64,000 bases of DNA, from IMG/VR virus record IMGVR_UViG_2551306162_000001, positions 30,473 to 94,472 of that record, one strand, 5' to 3'. This document shows positions 16,527-26,083 of the stretch, piece after piece. A program made the translations under genes and the position numbers. The notes under the pieces were generated by a model that searched no databases, was not told the origin of the DNA, and was given only the letters and a program-made list of their open reading frames with translations. How positions within the stretch are numbered: the first letter of the stretch is position 1; each line of letters begins with the position of its first letter. The stretch is from a virus (Duplodnaviria > Caudoviricetes).

Positions 16527-17361
16527 CGATCAGGCCGCGCTGCTCCCACGAGCTGATGTAGGTGTCGGTGAGCCAGCGGTCGATCGCGGCCTGGTCCGGC
16601 TCGGGCGGCAGGTCGGCCGAGACCGCGAGCTGGTTGAGCTGGTCGAGCAGGTCGGCCGCACGGTCGAGCGCTTCCTCCTTGGTGTGCTCGCCGCGGCGCA
16701 GCTCGGACAGCCAGGTGCGGTCGGGTTCAGGGATGGGGAGCGTGATACGGCTGGTGGTGAGCAGCTCCACGCCCTGGAGGCCGAGCCTGACCATGTGGTA
16801 GGCGAACTTGGTGTCGAATCCGTACACGTCGACCAGCTCGGGTCGATTGGTGTGCTTCTTCGACTTCACGCCGAGCAGCTGGTCTCGCTGGGAGATGAGG
16901 TACCCGCCGAACCGCTTCGCTACCTCGCGCGACAGCCAGCGTTCCGGGTACGCCTGGATGTCGCGGCCGATGTCGGTCTGGACGACGATCTCGGCGGGCG
17001 GAATGAACGCGAGCAGCAGGACCGTCGGGTTGCCTTGCGCTGCCAGCGCGCTCCACTTGCGCAGCGAATAGACGAGCAGGTCGAGGTCTCCAGTGCCGGA
17101 TCGGTGGCCTTCGGGTTGGGTGCGGTAGATGTACTGCTCAAAGAGGGCACCGCCGCCCTTGGTGATCGGGAAGGTCATCGTGGGCGGTTCGATGCAGACC
17201 CCCATCTCGTCGCGGTCGTCGTTGCCGGTGGTGACGCCGTGCAGGCCGGAGCCGACCTGGCCGAGCAGGACGATTCCGTTGCGGGCGATCTCGGCGTTGC
17301 GGTCGCTGCCGTGCGACATGGTGTTCGTGGAGTTGTCGGGCCACTGGTAGGTGGTGGTCAT
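16510..17361 (-). CDS. RlaP-like Pol-beta nucleotidyltransferase
   Basis: VGSGLHG..DDRDEMG, GNPTVL, FDTKFAYHMVRL. Confidence 0.85.
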   Translation of the reverse strand: MTTTYQWPDNSTNTMSHGSDRNAEIARNGIVLLGQVGSGLHGVTTGNDDRDEMGVCIEPPTMTFPITKGGGALFEQYIYRTQPEGHRSGTGDLDLLVYSLRKWSALAAQGNPTVLLLAFIPPAEIVVQTDIGRDIQAYPERWLSREVAKRFGGYLISQRDQLLGVKSKKHTNRPELVDVYGFDTKFAYHMVRLGLQGVELLTTSRITLPIPEPDRTWLSELRRGEHTKEEALDRAADLLDQLNQLAVSADLPPEPDQAAIDRWLTDTYISSWEQRGLIGGRRG

Positions 17362-18044
17362 GCTGCTGGGCCTTTCCGGGCGAGGTCGATCAGGGATTGC
17401 CGCCATGCGATGTCACGGCGTTCCGCGGCGATCTGCTGGTCGAGGTTGGCGTGGATCGGGGTCACGGACGCGACGCCGCGGACCATGGACAGGGCGGTGA
17501 CGGTGGCGGTCGCCTCGTCCTCGCGCAGGTCGGTGTCGAGGACGATGACGTAGCCGGAGTGGCGTGCGCTCACGGTGTCTCGCTTTCGGTAGTCGAGGTG
17601 GCGGTGGATGCCGAACGCGGTGAGGGCTTCGGCGGCGGGGCCGGCCATGAGGTCGGACCAGGAGCAGCCGCTGCTGGCGATCACGACGTCGAGGCGGCGG
17701 GCCGCGAGTTGCTCGCGCCAGTCCGGGCGGTCGTCGACGACGGCGGCCGGGCCGGTGATGGTGACCGTGCGGGATTCGCGGCGCCGCTGGTCGGCTCGGC
17801 GTTGAGCCTTCGTGCGGCCGGGACCGGGGACCGGGCGAAGCGGTACGCCGCTGACGCGGACGATGTTGGCCTCGGTGTTCTCCAGCGATCGGCGTCCGCC
17901 CGACGGCGTGCCGACGATCCGCAGGATCCGGCCGGTCGCGGGCCAGCGGATCTGGTGGTGGCTGCGACCGTCGAAGCCGAGGTACTCCCAGCCGGTGGCT
18001 TGTGCACGGGCCAGGAGGTCTTTCACGTCCTTCTGGCTGGTCAT
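17358..18044 (-). CDS. HicA-like N-terminal domain fused to phage domain
   Basis: GW...GRSHHQI...GTPS. Confidence 0.5.
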   Translation of the reverse strand: MTSQKDVKDLLARAQATGWEYLGFDGRSHHQIRWPATGRILRIVGTPSGGRRSLENTEANIVRVSGVPLRPVPGPGRTKAQRRADQRRRESRTVTITGPAAVVDDRPDWREQLAARRLDVVIASSGCSWSDLMAGPAAEALTAFGIHRHLDYRKRDTVSARHSGYVIVLDTDLREDEATATVTALSMVRGVASVTPIHANLDQQIAAERRDIAWRQSLIDLARKGPAA

Positions 18045-18511
18045 GCCGCCGCCACCATTCCAGCCTCCCGGGCGGTCGCGCGGGCACTGCGCCAGCAGGA
18101 TTCGACCCGGATCACGCGGGTTGCGAGGTGGGGCCGGTAGTAGCGGATGGCCTTGCGGGTCGGTCGAGGCAACCACGAGATCTCGGTGTCGAAGTAGGTC
18201 TCCATCGCGTGCCCGCCGCGGCCGGGGATCGGCGTGAGCGGCAGACCCCACACGGTCTCGCAGGTGCGGCGGATGAACGTCAATCCTTGCCACATGGCGC
18301 GGGTTTCACGGTCGCGTTCGGAGACGTCGTGGACGACGATTTCGTGGCCGAGGGCCATGGCCATCAGCAGGTCCGGGCCCGCGCTGGCGAGGACCTGCGG
18401 CCAGTGTTTGCCCTCGCACTGTGTGGACTGGATACGCGTGTAGTGGACGTCGACGCCGTGCAGGTGCGGGCACAGCAGGCCGCGGGTGAGGTTCGCGAAG
18501 TGGATGGTCAC
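18041..18511 (-). CDS. conserved hypothetical protein
   Basis: FANLTRGL..RIQST.CE. Confidence 0.55.
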   Translation of the reverse strand: MTIHFANLTRGLLCPHLHGVDVHYTRIQSTQCEGKHWPQVLASAGPDLLMAMALGHEIVVHDVSERDRETRAMWQGLTFIRRTCETVWGLPLTPIPGRGGHAMETYFDTEISWLPRPTRKAIRYYRPHLATRVIRVESCWRSARATAREAGMVAAA

Positions 18512-18696
18512 GGGGCGACCTCCGGCGGGAGCACGAACGCGGCCCACTTCGCCAGGCAGGGCATGGAGCAAAAGTGGTGGTCGTAGCCGAGGCCCTGGGT
18601 GATCACGATCCACGGCGCGGGCGGGGTGACGTCGTTCGCCCTGGTGACCATGACCGAGTTGCTGCAGGACTTGACCTCGCAGCAGTAGGCGATCAT
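18508..18696 (-). CDS. small Zn-binding protein
   Basis: C...C...HFCS..C. Confidence 0.5.
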   Translation of the reverse strand: MIAYCCEVKSCSNSVMVTRANDVTPPAPWIVITQGLGYDHHFCSMPCLAKWAAFVLPPEVAP

Positions 18697-18971
18697 GCGG
18701 CACGCTCCACGACTTCCCAGGCGCTGGTGTGGATCTCGCGGCGCGTGACGACGACCTGATAGTCCGCGTCCAGCAGCTGCTTGCGGTGGGCCCAGACGTT
18801 GGTGCCGTCGGCGAGCAGGTGGAATTCCTCGCCGGTCTGCGGGTTGCGGTACATCAACCGGTACTCCGAGCGGGTGGTCGCGGTGTCGGTGAGCCGCGGC
18901 ACGTAGGGCTCGTAGTCGTGGTCCATGGGGCCTCCGATGAGCCGGGCCAGGCGGCTGATGATCGTGGTCAT
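18693..18971 (-). CDS. hypothetical protein
   Basis: 4-bp overlaps. Confidence 0.5.
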   Translation of the reverse strand: MTTIISRLARLIGGPMDHDYEPYVPRLTDTATTRSEYRLMYRNPQTGEEFHLLADGTNVWAHRKQLLDADYQVVVTRREIHTSAWEVVERAA

Positions 18972-19390
18972 GCTGCGTTCTCCTTGGTGCTGTAGGTGAT
19001 TTCGAGCCACATGCGCCCGCCCTCGCCTTTGACGGGCGGGTGGATGACGGGTTCGGGTTTCCCCATGTAGCCGGGGGTGTCGTCGGGGACGAGGCCGTAG
19101 CCGGCGAAGTTCTTCCCGCCGGCGGCGAGGCCGTCGTAGATCGGTTTCGCGGTGGCGGTGAGGTTGTCGGTGTCACGGCGCCGTTTGTCGCGCGGCTGGT
19201 AGTGCAGCTGCACGGTCACGTAGTCCAGGCCGCGAGGAAGGTCGGCGTGGACGGCGAGCGCGACGGTGGTCTGCCGGATCTCGCGGATCTTCGCCGCCTT
19301 CGCCATGGCCGCGCCGCGCGTGTACCCGCGGTCGTTCATCGACAGGAGCGGGCGCGTCCAGGGCAGGTCGATCGTCACGGTGACGGTCAC
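18968..19390 (-). CDS. rusA: RusA-like Holliday junction resolvase
   Basis: RRRDTDNL..K...DGL...DD. Confidence 0.8.
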   Translation of the reverse strand: MTVTVTIDLPWTRPLLSMNDRGYTRGAAMAKAAKIREIRQTTVALAVHADLPRGLDYVTVQLHYQPRDKRRRDTDNLTATAKPIYDGLAAGGKNFAGYGLVPDDTPGYMGKPEPVIHPPVKGEGGRMWLEITYSTKENAA

Positions 19391-19659
19391 AGGGGCACCA
19401 CCGTGCAGAAGCTGTCGAAGTCTGGGAATTCCCGCTGACAGTGCTTGCAGACAGCTCGGTAGCCGTCGGCCACGGCCCGCTCGAACAGGCCACGCAGCCT
19501 GTTGACGCATGGCGTGCACATCAGCATGTCGTCACAGCCGTGCTGGTTGACCCAACATGTCGCGGTCGGCCGATACCCGCCGTCATGTCGCCGATGGCCA
19601 CACTCCGGTCGGAGGTCTTCGGCGTGCTCGATACTGATGTCGATGGCGGGGGCGGTCAC
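19387..19659 (-). CDS. Zn-binding protein, tandem paralog A
   Basis: W..QHGC....C..C...ADG....C..C. Confidence 0.6.
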   Translation of the reverse strand: MTAPAIDISIEHAEDLRPECGHRRHDGGYRPTATCWVNQHGCDDMLMCTPCVNRLRGLFERAVADGYRAVCKHCQREFPDFDSFCTVVPL

Positions 19660-19934
19660 GGCAGCCTCAGCGGGGTGAGCCGGAACAGCGCGTCGAGGTC
19701 GGTGAAGTCGGTGGCACAGACCAGGCAGCGCACGGTGCCGCCGTCGGCGATCAGGCCGCTGTAGTAGCTGTGGTCCCGCTGGAAGCAGTCCGTGCAGGTC
19801 AGGGTGTCCCAGCAGCCGTGCTGGTCGAGCCAGAAGTCGGCGGCCGGTGGGGTGTGCTGGTGTCGGCTGTCGCCACAGGTCGGCTGGAAGTCGAGGTGGT
19901 CGATGCCTTTCCGGCGGCGGGGCAGGATCCTCAT
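19656..19934 (-). CDS. Zn-binding protein, tandem paralog B
   Basis: W..QHGC....C..C...ADG....C..C. Confidence 0.6.
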   Translation of the reverse strand: MRILPRRRKGIDHLDFQPTCGDSRHQHTPPAADFWLDQHGCWDTLTCTDCFQRDHSYYSGLIADGGTVRCLVCATDFTDLDALFRLTPLRLP

Positions 19935-20260
19935 GCTGCATGTCCTGACTGATCGGGGGCGGGTCGTTTGGTGGTGTGCCACTTGCGGCAGCGGCACAGG
20001 TAGACGCGGGTCGGGCGGGCGCCGGGCTTCTGCGCGCGCCAGAAGCGGGCGAGCGCGGCTTCGGCTTCGGCCTGGGTGCCGTGGCCCTTCTTGTGCGGGG
20101 TAGGGCAGGACCGGTCGCGGGCGGCGTCGATGGTGTGGCGGTAGAGCATCGCGGTCGCGGTCGCACGGTCGGGCCGGACTTCGGTGTGCCCGCACGTGCA
20201 GGTCGCAGCGTGGCTGCCGTTGTTGCGGCGGCGGACCGTGGCGAGGACGTGATCAGTCAT
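19931..20260 (-). CDS. Zn-binding phage protein (paralog of 4120-4434)
   Basis: CTCG...CP.P.K...RVYLCRC..WHTT. Confidence 0.65.
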   Translation of the reverse strand: MTDHVLATVRRRNNGSHAATCTCGHTEVRPDRATATAMLYRHTIDAARDRSCPTPHKKGHGTQAEAEAALARFWRAQKPGARPTRVYLCRCRKWHTTKRPAPDQSGHAA

Positions 20261-20474
20261 CGGGCATCGTCCCTCCGGCGCGGAGCACGGCCAGGAGCTT
20301 GTCGAGGTCGAGTTTGGTGACGGCGGCGACGGCGATCACCTGGTCGGCCAGGTTGAGGACAATGCCGCGGGTGTCGCCGAGCTCGAGGATGATGTCGATG
20401 CCGGTCATGTCGCTGCGGCGGCGGGCGGCGACGATCGCGGCGGAGTCACGCATTGAATCCACCATGTCGGTCAC
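20253..20474 (-). CDS. hypothetical protein
   Basis: Operonic packing. Confidence 0.45.
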   Translation of the reverse strand: MTDMVDSMRDSAAIVAARRRSDMTGIDIILELGDTRGIVLNLADQVIAVAAVTKLDLDKLLAVLRAGGTMPDD

Positions 20475-20800
20475 GCCGCATCCCCGAATGCGCTGAGCTG
20501 GTCGGGGTTCGGCCGGTGGATGGGTTCCTTGTCGCGGTAGATCCGGCCGCCCCACACACCGGGCACACGAAGGCCGGACGCGGCTTCGAGCCTGGCGTGC
20601 AGGTCGCGGCAGAGCTGGCGCGTTTCGTCCGAGCAGGAGAAGCAGATGCCGGCGGCGCGTTTGCGGCGGGCCGCGGCAGCGAGCTTGTCTTCGCCGGGGA
20701 GCATCCAGTCCCACTGCGAACCGTGGTGGACGCGCATCCACTGCTCGTGTTCGACGCTGGTGCAGGGGGCGCCAGCGAACAGGTTCGGTTGCTTTTTCAT
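20471..20800 (-). CDS. WhiB-family transcription factor
   Basis: C...ICFSC....C...GVWGG. Confidence 0.75.
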   Translation of the reverse strand: MKKQPNLFAGAPCTSVEHEQWMRVHHGSQWDWMLPGEDKLAAAARRKRAAGICFSCSDETRQLCRDLHARLEAASGLRVPGVWGGRIYRDKEPIHRPNPDQLSAFGDAA

Positions 20801-20946
20801 GCGGCGTTCACCGCCGCGATGATCGGCGCGATGATGCATGCCACGAGAACGAGGAGGACGCCGGCAAGGGCGCCGATGAGGCGGAGGACGATCTGTTTTG
20901 TCACGTGTATCTCCTGGTAGTTGCCCATTTTGCGCCCCCTCGCTGA

Positions 20947-20994
20947 TCTTGCATTACATTGCTTGACACTACGGTCTATTGCATTGGAATGCAA
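20947..20994 (-). promoter_or_regulatory. promoter in pentamer array
   Basis: TTGCAT-N17-TAGTGT. Confidence 0.65.
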
Positions 20995-21219
20995 GAACAT
21001 CGGCGATCCCGTTCCGTGGAAGTTGCCTCCTCGTGGCGGTGTGCAGTTACCGGCCAGTCACCTCGTAGCTGGTGGCGTGCTAGCGGTCTTTCGCGTAGCG
21101 CAGTGCCCAGCCGACGAATCCCCAGAAGCAGGCCAGGGCGAGCCCGGTGATCAGCCAGACCGGCCAGTCCGAGCCGGGCTCGCCGCGGGTTGCGAGCACG
21201 TCGAGGACGAGATGGTCGG

Positions 21220-21498
21220 TCATGCGACGCGTCCGTACCGGTTGCGGCTCGCCTTGGATGCCCGTGCGGCGCTCGCGGCGCGCCGGATGCGGGCGATCTG
21301 CACGTTCGGGTTCACGGGTTGGGGCTTTCGACCTTCGGCCGCGGTGCGTGCCGCGCAGATGGCGTGCAGCTTCGTGAGGTAGTCGTCGATCGCGAGGTCC
21401 ATCGCCGTGCCGCGGCGGGAGTAGTCGGCGATTTCGGCGGCGTCTTCGACGGCCCGGTATTCGGGCGAGTTGTAGTCGAGCCCTCCGTGTCGGGTCAT
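21220..21498 (-). CDS. hypothetical protein
   Basis: Operonic packing. Confidence 0.5.
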   Translation of the reverse strand: MTRHGGLDYNSPEYRAVEDAAEIADYSRRGTAMDLAIDDYLTKLHAICAARTAAEGRKPQPVNPNVQIARIRRAASAARASKASRNRYGRVA

Positions 21499-21914
21499 GA
21501 CAGGTGTCCTTTCGAGTCGAGGGTGAGCGGGCCGGTGAGCTGGTCGAAGGCTCGGCGTTCGGCGGCGGCGATCTGGTCCTCGAGCCATGCGCGTGCGGTC
21601 TTGTCGTCGGCCGCGCCGATCACGAAGATCGACTCGTCCTCGATGAGGCCGAGGAGTTCGCCGGCGACGGTGTCGGCGTAACGGATTCGTCCGGTGTCGA
21701 GTTCTTCGACCTGGATCTGGCCGTAGGTGCCGCAGGGGTCACCGATCCAGCGGTAGCGACCGGAAAGGGTGATCGCCCACCCGCCGATGCACTGCTCGAT
21801 CGCACCGCCCTCGGCCCGGTGCCGGAAGTAGGACTGGTTGTGGGTGGAGCGGTGCCGCGTGATCTGGGTGTGGATCTTGCGGAGCAGGGGCAGGCGATCA
21901 TCCATGGTGCTCAC
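21495..21914 (-). CDS. conserved phage protein
   Basis: HNQ....CIGGWA motif. Confidence 0.55.
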   Translation of the reverse strand: MSTMDDRLPLLRKIHTQITRHRSTHNQSYFRHRAEGGAIEQCIGGWAITLSGRYRWIGDPCGTYGQIQVEELDTGRIRYADTVAGELLGLIEDESIFVIGAADDKTARAWLEDQIAAAERRAFDQLTGPLTLDSKGHLS

Positions 21915-21940
21915 CGTTTCGTGTGGTTCAGGTTGGTGTG

Positions 21941-22408
21941 TCAGGCGCTGTCGGCGAGGTAGTCGGCCAGCGCTTCGATTTGCGCGGCGGCCTTCTCGGT
22001 ATTACCGCTGGTGAGGCTGTGCCGGATTTCGTCGAGACGACCGACCAGCTTGCCGAGGATGACCGTGGGGATCGGCGTGGGACCGATCAGGCGGTCGATC
22101 TCCCGGATTCGCTCGAGCGCGACTTGTTCGAGGCGAAGCCGCCTACGCTTGCGGTCGCTGGCTTCCTGCTTCGCCAGGAGGTACGCCCGTGTGGGGGTAG
22201 TGGGATGCCGGCCGGGGTGGGCAGCCAGGATGGCGTTCTCGTGTCCGTTCTGCAGTTTGATGGACTCGGAGATGCCGACCAGCTCATGTCGCCAACGGCG
22301 CAGGTTTTCGCGCCTGCGCAGGATCTTGCAGCTGGTTCCGGCGCCGAATCGGTCCCGCAGGTCTTGGTTGACCATCGCCCGGAAGTCGGTGTCGCTGTAT
22401 TCGCTCAA
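21941..22408 (-). CDS. hypothetical protein
   Basis: Operonic packing. Confidence 0.5.
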   Translation of the reverse strand: MSEYSDTDFRAMVNQDLRDRFGAGTSCKILRRRENLRRWRHELVGISESIKLQNGHENAILAAHPGRHPTTPTRAYLLAKQEASDRKRRRLRLEQVALERIREIDRLIGPTPIPTVILGKLVGRLDEIRHSLTSGNTEKAAAQIEALADYLADSA

Positions 22409-22590
22409 GACGGTTCACTCCGCTGAAGGTGCGTGTAGAGCTGCGCGCAGCCGCCGTCGCGGGTGGCGCGCAGGAGGGTTCCGTTGTGGCAGCCGCCTTC
22501 GCTGACGACTGCCATGGCCTCGGCGAACAGGGCGCGCGCGTCTTCGACGTCGACCGCGGCGATGTAGACGCTGATACCGGTGTCGGTCAT
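22405..22590 (-). CDS. hypothetical protein
   Basis: Operonic packing. Confidence 0.4.
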   Translation of the reverse strand: MTDTGISVYIAAVDVEDARALFAEAMAVVSEGGCHNGTLLRATRDGGCAQLYTHLQRSEPS

Positions 22591-22591
22591 G

Positions 22592-23338
22592 TCAGGCCTC
22601 CTGTCGGCGGTAGGCGGTCAGTCGGCAGTGGATGCCCCAGTAAGTGGGGTGGTAGGGCGCCTGGCCGATCTCCACCCAGCCGGTGGCGAGGGCCTGGTAG
22701 AAGGCGTCGTCGGCTGTGCAGCCGCCGTCCGCTTCGCCCGCGAAGATCACCGTGTCCCCGCTGTAGTGGCTGAGCGCGGCGGCAGCCATCGGGTCGTCGT
22801 AGGGCGGCCAGACGAGCAGCAGGGCACGGTCCGGGTGCAGCCCGGCCGCAGCTTCATCGCCGATCTGTACGTCTGCCCACTGCTGCTCGACCTCCCACGA
22901 CTTGTTGTCGTAGGCCGCGACATCGACGCCGAGCTGCCGCAACTGCCACGCCCAATATCCGGCCCCGGCCCCGATCTCGACCATGTCCCGTCCGCCGAGG
23001 TGCGCCTTGATCCACAGCAGGTCCGCGGGGGAAGGGATCGACCAGGCGAAGGTCTTGCACATTTCGCTGCGGTTCGCTGTCGGGTAAGGCCGCCGCGGCG
23101 AGAACCAGCCAACCTGCCACTCGTCGTCGCCGGGCCATGCGGGCTCGTTGCGGGCCATCAACCGAATGAGCTGCCAATAGGGATTGTCCGTGCCGACGTG
23201 GACGTCGAGTTCGGTGTTGGCGAACATCGGGTAGGCCGTGTCGCGCCTGGCACCGTTGAGCAGGGTGAGGGCGTCGTCGATGCCGCAGTTGTAGGTGTCG
23301 TGGCCGATGCTGAAGGTGACCTTCACGCTGGTGTTCAT
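22592..23338 (-). CDS. class I SAM-dependent methyltransferase-like protein
   Basis: VEIGAGAGYWA, LLLVWPPY. Confidence 0.7.
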   Translation of the reverse strand: MNTSVKVTFSIGHDTYNCGIDDALTLLNGARRDTAYPMFANTELDVHVGTDNPYWQLIRLMARNEPAWPGDDEWQVGWFSPRRPYPTANRSEMCKTFAWSIPSPADLLWIKAHLGGRDMVEIGAGAGYWAWQLRQLGVDVAAYDNKSWEVEQQWADVQIGDEAAAGLHPDRALLLVWPPYDDPMAAAALSHYSGDTVIFAGEADGGCTADDAFYQALATGWVEIGQAPYHPTYWGIHCRLTAYRRQEA

Positions 23339-23601
23339 GCCGCGTCCGCCTGCCCGATGTAGGAGACGTAGGTGACACGGTTGCGGGTGCTGGCGGTGAA
23401 CTCGCCGGCGGGGAGCTGCTTGTACGCGCCGCGGCGCACCATGGCGCCGATGTTGTAGCAGGTGTTCTTGCCGGTGGTCGGGAACGGCCACGCCTTCCAC
23501 ATGCCGGGATTCCGGCGCAGGGTGAGGGCGAAGCGTTCGAGGGTGGCGTGGCTCTTGTTTTCGGTCTTGGGCAGCTCGGCGAGCAGTGCGTTCTTGGTCA
23601 T
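23335..23601 (-). CDS. small basic protein, probably DNA-binding
   Basis: LRRNPG.W...YVSYIG pattern. Confidence 0.5.
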   Translation of the reverse strand: MTKNALLAELPKTENKSHATLERFALTLRRNPGMWKAWPFPTTGKNTCYNIGAMVRRGAYKQLPAGEFTASTRNRVTYVSYIGQADAA

Positions 23602-23920
23602 GGCTGGCGCATCCTCCTTCGGGGTGTGGTCGGGTTGGCTGGTAGGGGCGGCGCCCGAGAGATGTGAGGGTCGATCTCGGGCGCCGCGCTCCTCGCTCCC
23701 CTATGGGCGGCCGTCGCGCGCTGGCGTTCTGGTGGAGCGCCGCGGTCGCGCAGGGAAGGTCTCGGTTAGCCCTCGCCGGCGAGGACGGGCGGGCTGTCGG
23801 TGTCGCGGGGGACGGTGGCGAAGTGCGCGGCGAGCGGGTCGCGGCCGAGCTGGGCGAGCAGGCGTTTCACGGGGATCTGGTCGCGCTTCCACCAGACGCG
23901 GGCGTGACGGCCGAGCGTGT

Positions 23921-24307
23921 TCACCAGGACACCTCCTCGTTGAGGTCGACCCGCAATCGCTGCTGCGGCCCGGGCAGGCAGCAGGCGTCGCCGAGGAGGT
24001 CGTGAAATTCTTTGCGGCCGAACGTCTTGGACGGGAACGTGACCTGCGGACCGCGGCCACCATCGCCTGCGGACAGGTCGAACAGGCCATCACCGATCTT
24101 GCGGGCGCCACGGACGTTGATCTGTCCGGTCATCAACCAGAAGAAGGCGTCGGCTTCTCGGTAGAGGGGGTAGATGCCCGGCTGAACGGAGACATGGGTG
24201 GCGAGCGGTTCGTCCGCGAGCGCCGCGTCGAGCGGGTAGATCCGCCACTTCAGGATCTCCACGGTGCCGATCTCTCGGATGTCCGCGCCGGACTGCGTGT
24301 CGGTCAT
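23921..24307 (-). CDS. hypothetical protein
   Basis: Operonic packing. Confidence 0.55.
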   Translation of the reverse strand: MTDTQSGADIREIGTVEILKWRIYPLDAALADEPLATHVSVQPGIYPLYREADAFFWLMTGQINVRGARKIGDGLFDLSAGDGGRGPQVTFPSKTFGRKEFHDLLGDACCLPGPQQRLRVDLNEEVSW

Positions 24308-24467
24308 TTCGTGGCTCCGTACTTCTGCGCGATGGCGTAGGCGCGGTCGGCGAAGTCGGGGTCGCCGAGCCAGCGGAGGTCGTGGGCAAGGGATTCGACT
24401 TCGCCGATGAGCTGCGTCATCCGGTTGCGGCGGGCGGCGAGAGACAGGAGGAGAGCGAGCACGGTCA

Positions 24468-24770
24468 TCACAGGCCGCCTTCCGCGAAGCATCCGCAGCC
24501 GGGGCAGTGGTGCTGGAACATGCCAGGCCGCCACGTGGCGCGGTTGTCGAGCCGGTAGCCGTTCGGGAGGATGACTTCGTGGCCGCTGCGGTTGTAGAGC
24601 GGTCGGCCCTGCCGGATCGCTGCGCTGATCCGCCAGGTGTCGCTCGGATGGAACGCCTGGCCAGTGAGGCAGTCGGTGCAGCCGCAGCCTTCGGGATCGA
24701 TACCGAAACCGTTGTCCTTGAAATCGGTTTTGAGCCAAATGCCGTCGCGGCGGCCGTCGTAGTCGCTCAT
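24468..24770 (-). CDS. hypothetical Cys-rich protein
   Basis: CGCTDC, CPGCGC. Confidence 0.55.
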   Translation of the reverse strand: MSDYDGRRDGIWLKTDFKDNGFGIDPEGCGCTDCLTGQAFHPSDTWRISAAIRQGRPLYNRSGHEVILPNGYRLDNRATWRPGMFQHHCPGCGCFAEGGL

Positions 24771-24973
24771 GCCCGGCCGCCCTTCTCGGTGTCCGCATCG
24801 GTCAGGTGGTTTCGGGCGGCGAGCGCGGCGGCGAGGTAGCGGGCCTGCACGCTGTTGGGCTCGGCCAGCCAGCTGGCCTGGGAGCCGAGGCTGTTGAGCG
24901 CGCAGTAGATGGCCAGCGCGAGCCGCTCCAGTTCGGGATCCCAGATGGACTCTTCGAAGTGGTCGGGTTTCAC
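24767..24973 (-). CDS. hypothetical protein
   Basis: 4-bp overlaps. Confidence 0.45.
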   Translation of the reverse strand: MKPDHFEESIWDPELERLALAIYCALNSLGSQASWLAEPNSVQARYLAAALAARNHLTDADTEKGGRA

Positions 24974-25209
24974 GGGTTCTCCTGGTGGTCTTCGAGGTAG
25001 GCGTCGCAGCGGTCGCGGAGTTCGCGGACCTGCGGCGGGGTGAGGTCGGCGCGGAGTTTCGGGCCGGGACCGGTGGCGTTGGTGGCGACGCGCAGGTGCA
25101 TGTGGGCGTCGCCGGGTTCGGCGATGACTTCGACCGCGTAGCCGTCGCGGTCGACGAGCGGGGCGTCGCCGTAGAGGGTTTCGCCCCGCGCGTCGTGGCG
25201 GGTGTTCAC
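24970..25209 (-). CDS. hypothetical protein
   Basis: 4-bp overlaps. Confidence 0.45.
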   Translation of the reverse strand: MNTRHDARGETLYGDAPLVDRDGYAVEVIAEPGDAHMHLRVATNATGPGPKLRADLTPPQVRELRDRCDAYLEDHQENP

Positions 25210-25577
25210 GCCGCCGCCTGCGCCGGGGTTGCGTATCGCAGGTACCAGCCGTTGACCACGACCTTGATGTAGACGTCGTCCTCGTGGGCGAACGGTGCCG
25301 TCTCGTCGAGGATCTGGTCGAGCGCGGCCTTCGCGTGCTCGAAGCAGAACGCTTCCTCGACCACGCTGAGCGAGATCGGGGCGTCGGTGTCCTCGTCGTA
25401 GGCGATGCGCGTCCAGTCGACGTGGACCGACGCGGTGACCGAGTCGCCGTGACGGCAACCGCCTTCGTGGCATTCGGTGCCGACGAAGTCCTCGCCGTTC
25501 CAGTCGGTGTCGAGGCTGACGCGCGGGTCCTTCTCGGGGAGGCCGAGGGCTTCGCGGACCTGGGTTTCGGTGAGCAT
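25206..25577 (-). CDS. acidic hypothetical protein
   Basis: RBS, GC3 bias. Confidence 0.55.
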   Translation of the reverse strand: MLTETQVREALGLPEKDPRVSLDTDWNGEDFVGTECHEGGCRHGDSVTASVHVDWTRIAYDEDTDAPISLSVVEEAFCFEHAKAALDQILDETAPFAHEDDVYIKVVVNGWYLRYATPAQAAA

Positions 25578-25588
25578 GGTGTCGCCTT

Positions 25589-25879
25589 TCAGGCAGCGGC
25601 GGCCGGGGCCGCGAGGAGGACTTCGTGGACGGTGACGTCGGGGCAGGCGCTGATCAGGGCGAGGGTGTCGATGGCCTCGGCCGCGTGCTCCATGCACAGG
25701 TGGTGGGTGTCGGTCCAGGCGCCCGCGCTGTGCGAGTGCTCGACCTCGATGCGGACGAGGGCGTCGTAGGGGCACTCGTCGCACTCGCCGTAGATGACGC
25801 CCGGCTCGCGGGTGGTGAAGCCGCGGAAGTCGGTGGCGGTGACGCCGAGGAGGTCGGCGATGGCCTGGGTGGCGGTCAC
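25589..25879 (-). CDS. hypothetical Zn-binding protein
   Basis: CDEC...C..H. Confidence 0.55.
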   Translation of the reverse strand: MTATQAIADLLGVTATDFRGFTTREPGVIYGECDECPYDALVRIEVEHSHSAGAWTDTHHLCMEHAAEAIDTLALISACPDVTVHEVLLAAPAAAA

Positions 25880-26043
25880 GCCGCCACCTCCAGCGGGGTC
25901 TCGGCGAACTCGCAGTAGGTGACGCGCTCGCCGGTGCGGATGTCGCGCCAGGTCTGGCAGTCCTCGTGCCCGCAGGTGGGGCGGGGGTCCGTGGTGCTCA
26001 CGCGGGGTCCTTTCGTCGGCGGTTCCGGAGGGCCATCCGGTTT

Positions 26044-26083
26044 CAATACGTCGTAATCTAATCCAATGCATTGGACTACGCAA
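26044..26083 (-). promoter_or_regulatory. leftward promoter in pentamer array
   Basis: TTGCGT-N17-TAGATT; palindrome TCCAATGCATTGGA in spacer. Confidence 0.65.

Noticed and set aside
23645-23692. Long hairpin upstream of 23335-23601 as a riboswitch
   Set aside because: Single stem with no recognisable aptamer; at most an attenuator or terminator
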